Shown here: piece by piece, positions 47,301 through 58,664 of the stretch
How the letters are laid out: the number at the start of each line of letters is the position of its first letter
Numbering within the stretch: position 1 is the stretch's first letter
Assembly: GCA_001179505.1 (NCBI GenBank)
Contig: CDMY01000301.1
Span: 1 to 64,000 of the forward strand
From: Vitrella brassicaformis CCMP3155
Lineage: Eukaryota > Protista > Chromerida
Length of the DNA stretch: 64,000 nt
Direction: 5' to 3'
Notes under the pieces: generated by a model
What the model was told of the DNA's origin: nothing
What the model saw: only the letters and a program-made list of their open reading frames with translations
The model's database searches: none
Program-made: the position numbers and the translations under genes

Positions 47301-47761
47301 ATCTGCCAAGGCCCTGCCGCTTTATCTACTCGCTGCCTCGATCGATCCATCGATCACATGGCATAGGTCATTCCTGAATGAAACACATACACACACGCCA
47401 CTTACATGCATGATACCCACCCAAGCCCCCATCAGGCCACATGTTTCATGTCTGTCTATCTGCTGCCCACCGGTGTAGTCAGTGACGACTGCGGGTGGGG
47501 GAGGGGGTGGGGGCGGCGGTGGGGGGGGAGGGGGCGGTGGTACGCCATGGGGGGCTTGCTGCGGACCCTTTTCGCCCTCATTCGCGGCTGCTTCAGATGC
47601 CGTGGGCTCGCTCGTTTCGGGCGGGACTTGTGCCTCTGTGCTGCTCTCTGGCGCTGTTGGCCCGGTTGGCTCGGGGGTGGGCTCCTGTGGCGGTGCTGGA
47701 GGGAGAAGGATGGACATGATCTCTGCCCGAAGGGTGGGGAAAGCCGGTGTGAGGATGCCCC
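44392..47761. repeat. Inverted segmental duplication, copy B (source locus, contiguous with the full GBF1 gene)
   Basis: Reverse complement of 17439-20757; begins near gtcagtcagggcagg and ends near gaggatgccc inside a GBF1 coding exon. Confidence 0.95.
44786..46868 (+). CDS. Cyclin-family protein, copy B (possible 1-nt deletion in the second predicted exon; alternative start at 45064)
   Basis: Same exon chain as copy A from VVKSS to ..TIKIDI*. The A4 run at 44950-44953 corresponds to A5 in copy A. Confidence 0.8.
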
Positions 47762-50700
47762 ACACAATGTTAAGCAGCGGCGAGGATGGGTCGATGCGGC
47801 CATCCTGATCCTGAGCGACCAGGACAAAGTGACACAACGTGCGAAAACATGCATGAGCGCCGTTCAACAGGTGCACTGCAGTGTGCGTGTGCATAATTGT
47901 GGGGTGCCCACCATGGAGGTGGATGTGGCCACGACAAGGATGAGGTTCTTGAGGTTCTCCAAATATGAGTCGAGCAAAAGCGCAGGCGCCACCTAGACAC
48001 ACAACAGGTGACCATCGCGGTCGATCTTGGTCTGGTGGTCTATTTGCTTGTTGGTCCTATGTGGGCTGTGTTGGCTGGCTGACCTGTGCCTGTTCGACCA
48101 GCACCGTGACGATGACCTGTGTGACCTCTATAAAGTCCTGTGGCGGAGTGGTCCTCAGCTCACCGCCGCCCCCCGCTGTCGCCAGGAGAAAGTCCATACG
48201 GGTAAGCACTATGCGACATAGCAGCCCTGCAGCAGACGCCTTCCGCTGACACAACTGGATGAATGGATGGAAGAGAGACATCAAGGGAGGCGCATAAACA
48301 CACACATGTACATGTATGTGCCTTCGTTGTGGGACGGGTAGTGGCAGCTGCTGCACACTGACCTCTTCGTTGCCCATAGCTGTGTATGCCTCGGTAGCGA
48401 CAGCATTGAGAGCCCTGCCACCGTCGCCCGATGGCATGAGTGGTGTGAAGGAGTAGGTGATGAGGGGCACGAGGGCCTCGCTGAGGCCCTGCTTCCACAG
48501 CCCTCGATCATCGATGGCGGGGCACTCCAACTCGGCCTCGCCCCCAGACTCCTGCACCAGGAACAGCTTCTGCAGCAGCTGCAGCGCCATCGAACGGGTC
48601 GGCTTCGGAGCGAACGCCGCAACCACTGCCAGAGACTGACAGAATGCGAAACAAAATACACACACACACATACATACATACAGAGGAGCGACACGATATC
48701 CTTCCTATATTGTTCTATACACGCATATCCATGGCGGCTGACCTTGACGGTAGGCACCCACAGGTCCTCCCATCTCCGGCGTGACCCAGGTTGGGTCATG
48801 CCGCTGTCGGCAGTGCTGACGAGCCTCGGCAAGAGTGACCCCAGGCTCTGGAGGGCCCGAGAGCCAGTGTTGGCCTGGCCGGCTTTCCCCGCCCCCCCGC
48901 CACTCGCATCGCTCGTCTCGCTGCCGCCCGATGCAGCGAGCGTCTGCTGCTGGGGAGAGGGAGTGGTGGCTGGGGGTGCGATGGCGAGGGCGATGAGTGT
49001 GGAGAGGAGGATGGGGTACTGACCCGCCTCGACCAGCATCCAGAGGCTGGGCTGCGCCTCCAGCCACTGAGATAGGCAGTCGTAGGTCGTCGACAGCATC
49101 GAGGGACGCTCGCGGCCGTGGGGCAGGGTGGCGATGCGGTGCAGGATGGCCAGAATGGTCTTGAGGCCAGACGTGTTGGCGGGGTTGGTCAGATGAGACT
49201 GGTCGATCAGAAGCCACAACGCACAAGCGATGCGCTCTGAGAGGAAGGAAACACCACAACGATTGATTCCACACAAACTGCACACACTCGCATGGCTCTC
49301 TCGCAAGGGCGGACTAATATCCACCCGACCTGTTTGTGTGTGGGGTCGGCTGGCTGGCTGACCTGACCTGCATGTTGGTGGAAGTGTCTGCCGGGTAACT
49401 GTGCGACCAGCTGCAGGAGGTGCAGTAGCGATGCCGCCAGGTCATCCACGTGCATCAGCCGCAGACACAACCGCAGTGTGTTGACCACCAGCCGCTCCAC
49501 AAAACGCTCCTCTATCGACGCGCTGCGCCGCCCCCCGCCGCCCCCGCCGTCCTCCACTGAGGTGCCCTGGCTGATGTACCGCAGCAAGGCGTCAAAGTGC
49601 CCCACGACGAGAGCAAAGGCTTGCTGCTGCTGATCCCGCCCCGCGTCGGCCGATGTGGGAGATGCGGGGATCGTTGTGATGGTGCCCCCGCTGGTCTGGC
49701 TCAGCAGAGAGGGGGAGTGCTCACGCGCACAAGTCACATTGGTCAGCAGCTCGAGGCAGAAGACAGCGTCGGCAAGGTCTCTGAACTTGTCAATCTCGGG
49801 CACGTCGGGTCGCAGGACGGCTCCCCAGTCGGTGTTCACGGGCTTGGTGCACTGCCTGCGGGGTGCATCCGTGGCTGAGGGAGGGGGGACTGCAGCTGCT
49901 GGAGCAGCAGGGGCCTCGGTGGCTGAGGGCCCGCTGGGTGGTGGCACCCTGGGGCGGATGTCAGACAGCTGAATGAGCACCTGAGTGAGGGCCACACACG
50001 ACTCCTGCGGCAAGTGACGCAGCCGCCTGCACACCACACAACAGCACAGCCCACAACACAAGAGACAGCGAGGGACAGTCAGTGCAGTGAGGGGTGGTAT
50101 GGTGGCTGCGGTCCACGCTTGCCTTCCCCTGCCTCTCTCTGCTCACTCTGAGAGGAACTCCTCCAGCTTGCACGACTGGATGAAGCCCTTGATCTGTGTG
50201 TAGGGCGTCTGCTCGTCCGCCGTCGTGCCCTTGTCTGCATCCATCCCGTGCATTGCTGCCGCTGCGGCGGTATCCGAATGGCCTGAGCTAGCCGTGGCGG
50301 CCGAGGTGGCCAGGCTCGAGCGACCCATGGCGTGGGAAGCAGGTGGATTAGCGGGCATGGCGCCAGTGCAAGTCAGCGACGAATTGAGGAGGTACAGGTG
50401 GGTTGACGGTGAAGTGCCGATCTGCAGCATACATATCCTCAATGAATGCAGCCAGCCAGCACTCGAATGGAACGGAATGAAAGGACGGATGAGCTAGCTG
50501 GTGCCGGCACGCTATTCATCGTCATGTGTCCTGTCCTGTCGTGTCCTGTCTGTCCACCCCTCCCGTCACGAGCTATATACTGACCGCATAGATATCATCC
50601 TCGTCGTCGTCGCTGTCCTCCCCCGACGCCAGCCATGCGGTGAGTGATTCGAAGAACCCCCCGCCACCCCTCGCCGCCTCGCCCTCTGTCAGCTTCTTGG

Positions 50701-53700
50701 CCAAACGCGGGGGAGGGGGACTCCACACGCATAGCCTCGTCAGGGGCTTACCCGTCGGGTCGCTGAAGTCATCCAGCTCCACTAGAGACGACGGCAGCAG
50801 ATCGAGGGCTGCCAGCCGAAGAAGGAACTCCACCACAGATGCCCACCCTTCCCTGACGTGACGGACGACGCAACGCATTAACGTACGTACGTACGGGGTG
50901 GGTGGGTGTATTCACGTCGCATCAATGGATCGATGCATATCATATGCATACACATGAGCGGTGCTGTCTGTGACGTACACACATCCTCACTCACCTGAGT
51001 AGGTTGGCAGACTGTGAGACTGTTTGGATGACCGCTGGAAGCGCCATCTGACTTCGCACCGTCATCCAGTAATTCACATACCCACACTGGACCTGATCAA
51101 TTCAATGGAGGGAGGGAGGGAGGGAGGGAGCAACGACACACCTCACTCTTTTCACCATCGCAGACGTCTCCTAGCAGTGCCCTGGTCGAGCGCACGTACG
51201 TCTACGAGAGTATTGAGGGCCTCCGCGTGTGTGAAGTAGGTGGCTACGCGCCCGATGTCCATGAATCCTGTGATGCACTGCAATAATACGGCCTGGCCGG
51301 CATCCAACAGACAGACAGACGGAAGGCATACATACATACATACAAGGGAGGAAGGCTGCCGACAGGCTCTCTATCCCCCACCCCATGGCTGCATTCACTG
51401 ATTGGGTGGGCGCGCCGTGGCGTGTGGCCGTACGTACCTGGTCGTGGGTGGTTTCGAATGCCTTCTTGAGCGTGGCCACAGGTTGTGTCTCCCACATGAC
51501 GCCAAACATGTCTCGCTCGTGCGCGCCGGCACGCTGGACGGGGCTAAAGGTGGAGAACTCATCCATCGCCTCTTGACGACGCATTATGCGGTCCTGAGCC
51601 ACAAACAGCAATTCAATTGGCGAGCCAGTTAGTTGGGTGGGGTGTGTGGGTGGTGCAGGCAGGCAGGCGGCCATAATATGGCGAATGAGAACCACAGCCA
51701 CCCATCGACCGCCTCACTGACCCACTGACCCCCTCACTCACCCAGTATGCAGTGTCGTCCTGCAGTTCCCCTTCATGAAGGCGGATGGGTTCCTCTCGTA
51801 TTGACTCGTACACCTCCTCCAGAAAGTGGGGCGGCAAATCCTCACTCGCATTCAACCCGCGATTGTTGCGAATGAACTCCTGTACAGACAAACACACATG
51901 CACATGCACATGCACATGCACATGCACACGCACACAAACATGTTCTGACGACGTGTGGGTGGATTGATTGGATTGCCGCCTCGACTATCTGCCTCCCCCG
52001 CCCCCTTCACTCACCTGGAGGGTCATTTTGTTCTTGACGCCCGGGTTATGGAGGTCTGTGTTGAGCATGATGATGGAGTAAGAGAGGATGAAGGGCACGT
52101 CCGCATTGTTGAAGACCACCCAGCCCAGCGGCATACCACCACCACCACCACCAGCAGCGGTCAGAGCATCCTCGGCTGACGTGGGCGTGGCGCCGTCGGC
52201 CCGCGGACTGCCCCGCTTGCGTCGCACCGCTTTCTTGCGGCTTCGGACGCTGCCGTCTTCCGACCCCTCTTCTTTGGCCGGTGAGCCGTCCACGGAGCCC
52301 TCCTCAGCCTCGGCCCTAGTGCTGTGACTGGCCAGCGAGTGGGAGTCGGCGTCGGGGGCGGGTGGCTGTGGATGTGGAGTGACACCCTCACCACCTTCGT
52401 CAGCCAGCTGCCCCTCCTCCTCGTCGTAGAACTCCATCCGAACCAGACGGGGCACCTTGAGCTCAGCCGGCGACGTGACCGCCACGCCGTCCTTCGTGAC
52501 GTCCACCGAGTTGCCATTGCCCTGATCGATGGATGGATGGAATTAAGGCAGTTAAAGACCAACCGTCTGCTTGCCTGCCTGCCTGCCACGTCGCAGCGTT
52601 CACTCACCTCTGAGATATCGCCATTGTTCTGCTCTACGCGGGTCGTCGGCTCTTGAGCGGGCGGAAGCGCCGCACCAGGAGCCTGTCAGTCACAGGGTCA
52701 CAGGTGTAGAGGTAGGCAGTCATGCTGGTGGTGGCTGGTCCCACCAGACTTACGAGGGGTTGCATGACATAGTAGGCCTGGGAGAAGCTCTCCATGATCC
52801 GCTCGATCTCTTGTGCCTCCCCCGGCAGCCTAAAGGTGGCCAACATGGCCCTTAGCGCCACCACTAGAGGCATGCCACGGAAGTCAAATGACCGCACAAA
52901 CGACTCCCTGATGATTGACAGATGGACGCACACACACAAGAACAAGAGACACAATCGCCGGGGTGACTGACTGACAAGCAGATGGATGGATGGAGGGATG
53001 GTGCAGCCTCCAGGTGTGTGCGTGTCACTCCCTCCCTCCCTCCCGCCCTCACCTGACGGACGAGTTCCACTCTTTCCGCTTGGCCAAGTACTCACCGACA
53101 ACCCTGTGTGGAAGGGACACCAGGAGACATAGACAGATGCCAACCATCTTTGAAACGATGGCCACCGATGCCCCTTCCTACCTACCTAAGGTCTAGTCCC
53201 GGTGTGTCTTTGAGGAAACTGCACATGGCCTCAGGGGTGATGGGAATGGGCAACAGACCTGCCACAAACGAGCAACAGGTAGGTTGCTCTAGGCATACAC
53301 GCCTATCATTACCCAGGTTCTGCAGAGGACCGATGCACTTGGACGGCTCAGAGTTGAACACCTACACACATGACACACACAGGGATCTATCGCACAACCG
53401 TCGCCGCTATCTATCTATCTGTCCATCGACCAAACCGTACCCACCCACCTGTGCACCGAGAGCCAGTCGCTTCTTCTTTTCCTTGCGCACCCGCAGGTCG
53501 TCTGCATCGGTGGGGGTGTCCTTCTTCTTGCGTGCCGCGGCCTCCACGGGCTGAGCCTCCTCCTCCTCCACTGCAGGGGAGGGGGGAGCCGCAAACCGGG
53601 GACTGTGGAGCCGGGCAGCTGATGACACGTCAAAGTGACATCTAACAGACAAACAGAACAAATACCAACCAACCAACCACAGACAGGCAGGCAGACACAA

Positions 53701-56598
53701 GAAACAGTCAGTGCACCAACCAATGTGCACCCATCCATCCCCGCAGGTAGATGACCTGTGGTGCACGAGCAACTGACCTGGTTGCGATTGAGTGGACGAT
53801 GCTGAGTAGCCCCGACAGAGCAAGTCGGTTGAGTGTGTTGAATGCCCCGGTGGATGAGGTGACTGTGCCGAGCTGCACAGAGGAGCCGCCCTCCACCACA
53901 GTGTCGACACGTGGGGGCGAGCTCTGCTCCGTGAGGAACTTGACCAGCGTCTCAAACAGGTTGGTGCACCGAACGTCACAGTCGTAATTCTGAGTCAAGA
54001 ACGAGGGGCGGACGAATCAATCAATGAAGCAATCCGACACACGGATTGCGCTTGGCCACTCACTGACCTCGTATAGCTCGATCATCAGTTCTGCAGGCAG
54101 GAGACGGACACAAATAAATACACACACGTACATTCGCGATCCAGTGAGGGAGGGGTAGGTGGCACTGATACCTACCTGGTTCTCGGCAGAACTCTAGAAG
54201 GGATTCGAGTGCCAGCTCCCTCTGCTCAAAGCCAGTAGGGGAATCAGAGTCCGTTGAACGCGCTATCCTGCACAGGGAGACACAGACACACCGACAGACA
54301 GGGAGAAAACAGACGAGAACAAGTGTCTGGTCACTGTTTGCGGCTGGCGTTTCATCACCCCGGTGATAGGCGTGATGTGTTATGTTTGCAGGTGTGTGGC
54401 TGTGACCTGAGGTGTATGGAGTTGAAGAAGACCTCCAGCTGCACCTTCAGGTGCCTCTTGAAGTACTGGAACAGCAGAAACACCGACCGGAGAGTCACCG
54501 AGAGAAGGAACAACGACTCGGTCCGCGAATTCTGCAGCAAACTCTTGCATATATCGTCCTGAACGACACACACCACATCACACCACACGGACACACCACA
54601 GAGTATACCCACATACCTGTCTGCCTGCCTGCCTGCCTGCCTGCGTGCTTCCCTCCCTCCCTCCCTCCCTCCATCCATCCATCCATCCGTACACTATTGC
54701 TTGGTGGGTGGGTGGGTGGCTAACCTGTATAACAGCGACGAGCAGGTCCGACTTGGCGACCTCCTCCCCTCCCGTTTCGAGCGCCACATTCAGCAGCGAC
54801 AGGCCCAGGGACCGCATCTCCTGGCAGAACTCCTCATCCTCATTCGGGCTCGGCGAAAACCCAAAACCCGAAGCCTGCCCCACACACCAAACCACACCAC
54901 ACAGACACAGCCACCGTTGAATTGAGTGCACAAGGTAGGTGATGGCCGTATCAAGTGGTCCCCACTCCCATGTCGCTAGGCTCCCTGCCTAGGCTCCCTG
55001 CCTTGTCCCCTCTCCTCTGCCCCTGTCTTGTCTGTCTGTCTGTCTGTCTGACCCAATCGTCGTGGAACTGTCCGTCCGGTCCAGGTGACCGCTCCCTGGT
55101 GCGAGGCGACTGCGTGGGCGTGATGGTGGGGCTATTGGAACGTGCACCGCGCACTCGAGGGGGTGTGCGAGAGCGGCTGTGCTGGTGGTGGTGCACCTGG
55201 CCCGACCCTCCTCCGTCGCCCAGCCGGTTGCTGGACGGCCGGGGGGCCGCCTGCTGGGGAGCGGACGTCGCTGCTGACGAAGACGAGACGGCGGCCGATT
55301 GCTGGTGGCCGTAGGACGTGAGGAAGGCCAGGAACTTGAGCGTCTGATACATGCACTCGACACCATACGGCCGAACAACCTGTCAGATGGATCGATGGAT
55401 TACCCGACCGACGTACACAACCACCCCAACCAGAGGACGCCAGTGCATGCCATGCTCGCCACAGCTCATCTGTCCATCCATGCATTCACCGACCTGCCTC
55501 TGTTTGGGGTGCACCTTGACCCGATGTGCCCTGGACTTGTGGCAGCCGAAAATCGTGAGAATCATCTGCAGGAGGATGTTCTCAGAGCTGCTGCGCAGCA
55601 GATACGACGCACGCGGCTGGCGGCTGACACACAGACAGAAAGATAAAGAGAAACAAGAAGGAGAGAACACCATGAGCCGGCCGAACAGACAGTCTGACGA
55701 AGCCACTCACGTACCTGATTTGGTAGGCCTTTTTGACCATGAGCCAGACGGTCTCATCAGTCAGATACTCACCCGCAGGGCAACGCAAGGTGTCGATCAG
55801 CACGCCCAGAATCTTCAGCAGCACAACCTGCGTGCACATTGTTGACCTGCCTGCCCTCACGCCAGCTCCTCTAGCGCAACCACAACCTTGCTTCTTACTT
55901 CGTCTGAAGGTGTTGCGGATCCTGTGAATCGGCATCCAAGGACGCCCTTAGCGATGGCATTGATGGCGGTAGCGCATCCCGGGCTGTCGGGGTGGATGAG
56001 GCCATATGCAACAAATTTGTTGACTGCGGCCAGGGCCACTGCGGTGATCGGGCCATTGGTTGCCTCGCTCTGGATGACGTTCAGGAAGGGCTCCAGGTGC
56101 GTTACATCCACATGGAACTCGTTGACATACGTCAGCGAGTCAAACAAGTGCTGAAACGACCTCACTATGGGGCTCTCAGCCTCCCGGGTGATCTGCAGTG
56201 CACCGTAGCAACCAACACACAGCCACACCAAACGATGACAGTGACTCTGGAAAAGAAGAATCACCCTCTTTCTCTTTCTTTCTTTCTTGACCTCAGAGAT
56301 AAACCTAGCGGCGCTCGTGAACTGCTTGGTCAGTCGCAGAACCTGCACACGTCAGGAAATGGCCCACACGGTGCTAGATCTATGGGCTGTCCCGTGCACA
56401 GCGTACCGTGAGGATGTTGTGAATCTCCTGACAGACAGGCAGGGAGGCAAAAGAGGAAACACGTAGTGACAGTCAGCCAGTCGGTATGTATTGTTTGTTT
56501 GCCTCTTTCGAGATGCTTACATTCTTGACGCACTTCACAGGGGACACAACCGAAGGGGACGCCTGGAAGGCCTGAAACTCTCCGTGGCTGCTGTGCAT
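47354..56598 (-). CDS. GBF1: Large ARF guanine-nucleotide exchange factor of the GBF1/Gea/GNOM class (DCB-HUS-Sec7-HDS1-3, Pro-rich tail)
   Basis: VKNEIHNILTVLR; LEPFLNVIQSEATNGPITAVAL; LKVQLEVFF; YENYDCDVRCTNLFE (HUS box); FRLPGEAQEIERIMESF and FILSYSIIMLNTDLHN (Sec7); DAVFCLELL; LLDSYLENLKNLILV; WGILTPAFPTLRAEI. Confidence 0.93.
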
Positions 56599-57071
56599 GA
56601 TTCACCTCTACGCGTGACCGAGAAGCACAAAGAGCAGCTGCATCGGGAGGGGAAAAAAAGGGAGATCAGCGAAGGGCTCTCGCGAGCTTGAGCTCGCAAG
56701 GGAGGAGGAAGGATCGAATTCATCCTTCCATCCGTCATAGCGGTCTCGGTCAGCTCACTCTGTCACTCTGTCTCCGCGAAGAAGATGCTACCGCGGAACC
56801 CACATGAATGGAGAGAGCGGCGTGAATGCGACCCGATGATGCAAGCATTTCGGAGCTCCTGCCCTTGATCCGGTCGGTCATCCTAAGCCAGTCAAGAGCG
56901 ATGTATCGGGATACATGTCCCCGAGTAGATGTCCGCTACTTCCTAGAACGGCGGGTTACTTCTTCGGTCGACTCGGTTGTCTTAGGGCAACTTTCTGCAC
57001 TAAACCTTCCTGTCATGCTGTCCGCTCACAAGCTCTCTCGGTAACACGCGGCACACAACGATGGATCCTAG

Positions 57072-58449
57072 CTAATGTGACTTGGTCGAGCCTCTGCGAA
57101 GGAAAGCGCCTGAAGGCCTTCTCTCTTGAGTGACGGTCGAAATGAGCCACTTGACTCCCTCCACCGCATTTGTAGGGCTCTTCAGTGCACTGCAGGGGTG
57201 AATGCGAAGGTGTGTTGCCCTCGGCCGACACCTCGAGCCGTCCTCAATGCTGTCCGATGACCCAATCTTGCGCTCGGTGAAGCCGTCATCTTTCGTACAT
57301 GACTTGTCCACCGCCGGCGAAGGCTCCTTGGCATCACTGGAACCCAGTAACAGGCCGCCGTTTCCCTCGTGGGTTGCATCGCCAGCTTTTGAGCTGCCGG
57401 GAGATGCGGCAAGGTCTCCATCATCGGCCACAAGCTCCTTGCGGGGCACGGCAGGCTCGGAGCGCATGGGCACTGGAGGCCTCTCAATAGGGATCTGAGG
57501 GGAGGGGTTGGCCACCTCGACAGTCTTGAGCTCAAGGCGCCGTGCAATCTCGTCGACGTGGGCGGCCTGTGGGAGGTCTTGCTTGTTGGCCAGCAGCAGG
57601 ACAGGCACTGTGCCGAGATCAGGATGCGAAAGGACTCCATGCAGGCACTTCCTCGCCTCACCTAAGGCGACAAACACGAGCCAGGTCGGAGCACTCAATT
57701 GCTCTTCATTCACTTCACTGTTTACCAAATCTGTCTGCGTCGCTGGAGTCAACAAGAAACAGGACTCCATCAGTCTAAGGCACACAGAAGGAAGCAGAGG
57801 GCACGGCATCGGATGGATGTCTGTACAGATGGGACATGTTCAAGCATCCGGTCACCTCGCTGTAGTACTTCTGCCAAACAGACCGGAACGCCAGCTGACC
57901 CCCCAAGTCCCAGAATATTGCTGATCTGCACAACCAGGAGGTGCATGAGCTCATTCACTCCTCTTTCCACTGATTGGGACGAAACTGCTGTGTCCGAGGG
58001 CCTTACACGCTGCCGATCTTGACCTTTGCGAGGTTGAAGCCTATGGTGGGAATCGCTGGAAACACAATCATCGAAACACGCCTACTGCCCGTCCACTCCC
58101 TCGTCCGAAAGCATACTTACTGTCCAGCTGCGAACGTCCCTTCAGGTGGTTGAGAAGTGTCGTCTTTCCCGCTCCGTCGAGCTGTGCAGCAGCAGGGAAG
58201 GGAAACAATGGGGGGGATGTCCTTCTTTTCCCTCTCTTCCCTCTGCACGGCTGACCCCGAGAATGGCTATCTTCACTTCCGATGTCGACCACTGATCGGA
58301 AGAGAGCACACATGAGCACGCGAATCAAGCAATCAGCCTCCACTGACCAGCCACCGCAGAAAGCCACTGAGGAGGGAGAACTGACACGGAGGACAATCAA
58401 GCGATAATGAGCGCAGCATGTGATGAATCGGCTTCTTTCGCCTCACCAT
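57072..58449 (-). CDS. ARFRP1: ARF-related GTPase ARFRP1 (yeast Arl3-like)
   Basis: ATG-only first exon, then FSLLSGFLRWL|WSTSEVKIAILG|LDGAGKTT, IPTIGFN, FWDLGGQ..WQKYY, LLLANKQD and PCSAL. The MF start without Gly2 is typical of ARFRP1. Confidence 0.8.
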
Positions 58450-58664
58450 GGGGGACCGCAGGTGTCGATGCCCGCAGCTACATGGGTTCCATGGGAAGGG
58501 CAGATAGGCCTTGTGCATGCATTCTGCGTATGCCTGTTGCCTGTTTGGTGTGTGCTGTGGACAGAGAAGATGCCTGCGCCGGTAGCGCCGGGCTTAGGGA
58601 CAGGTATCTCGTCAAACCCTTTACCGACCGACCGACCGCCGAGGAGAGATCTGCGAAAGGCTGA

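Larger units (their letters stand above)
860..55500. repeat. Dispersed microsatellites (CA/GT, GACA/TGTC, CCAT/ATGG, GGCA, GA), mostly intronic and intergenic
   Basis: Directly visible in most introns before ~55 kb; they generate the many VCVC/THTH pseudo-ORFs in the six-frame track. Confidence 0.95.

Noticed and set aside
1069-55000. Many six-frame ORFs rich in VCVCVC, THTHTH, LSVCLS or WMDGWMD
   Set aside because: They are translations of intronic microsatellites read through splice sites, not proteins.
34014-58449. Functional cluster of trafficking genes (dynein LC, ArfGAP-like, Ac45-like, GBF1, ARFRP1)
   Set aside because: They are interleaved with unrelated genes and such families are common; chance cannot be excluded without synteny or co-expression data.
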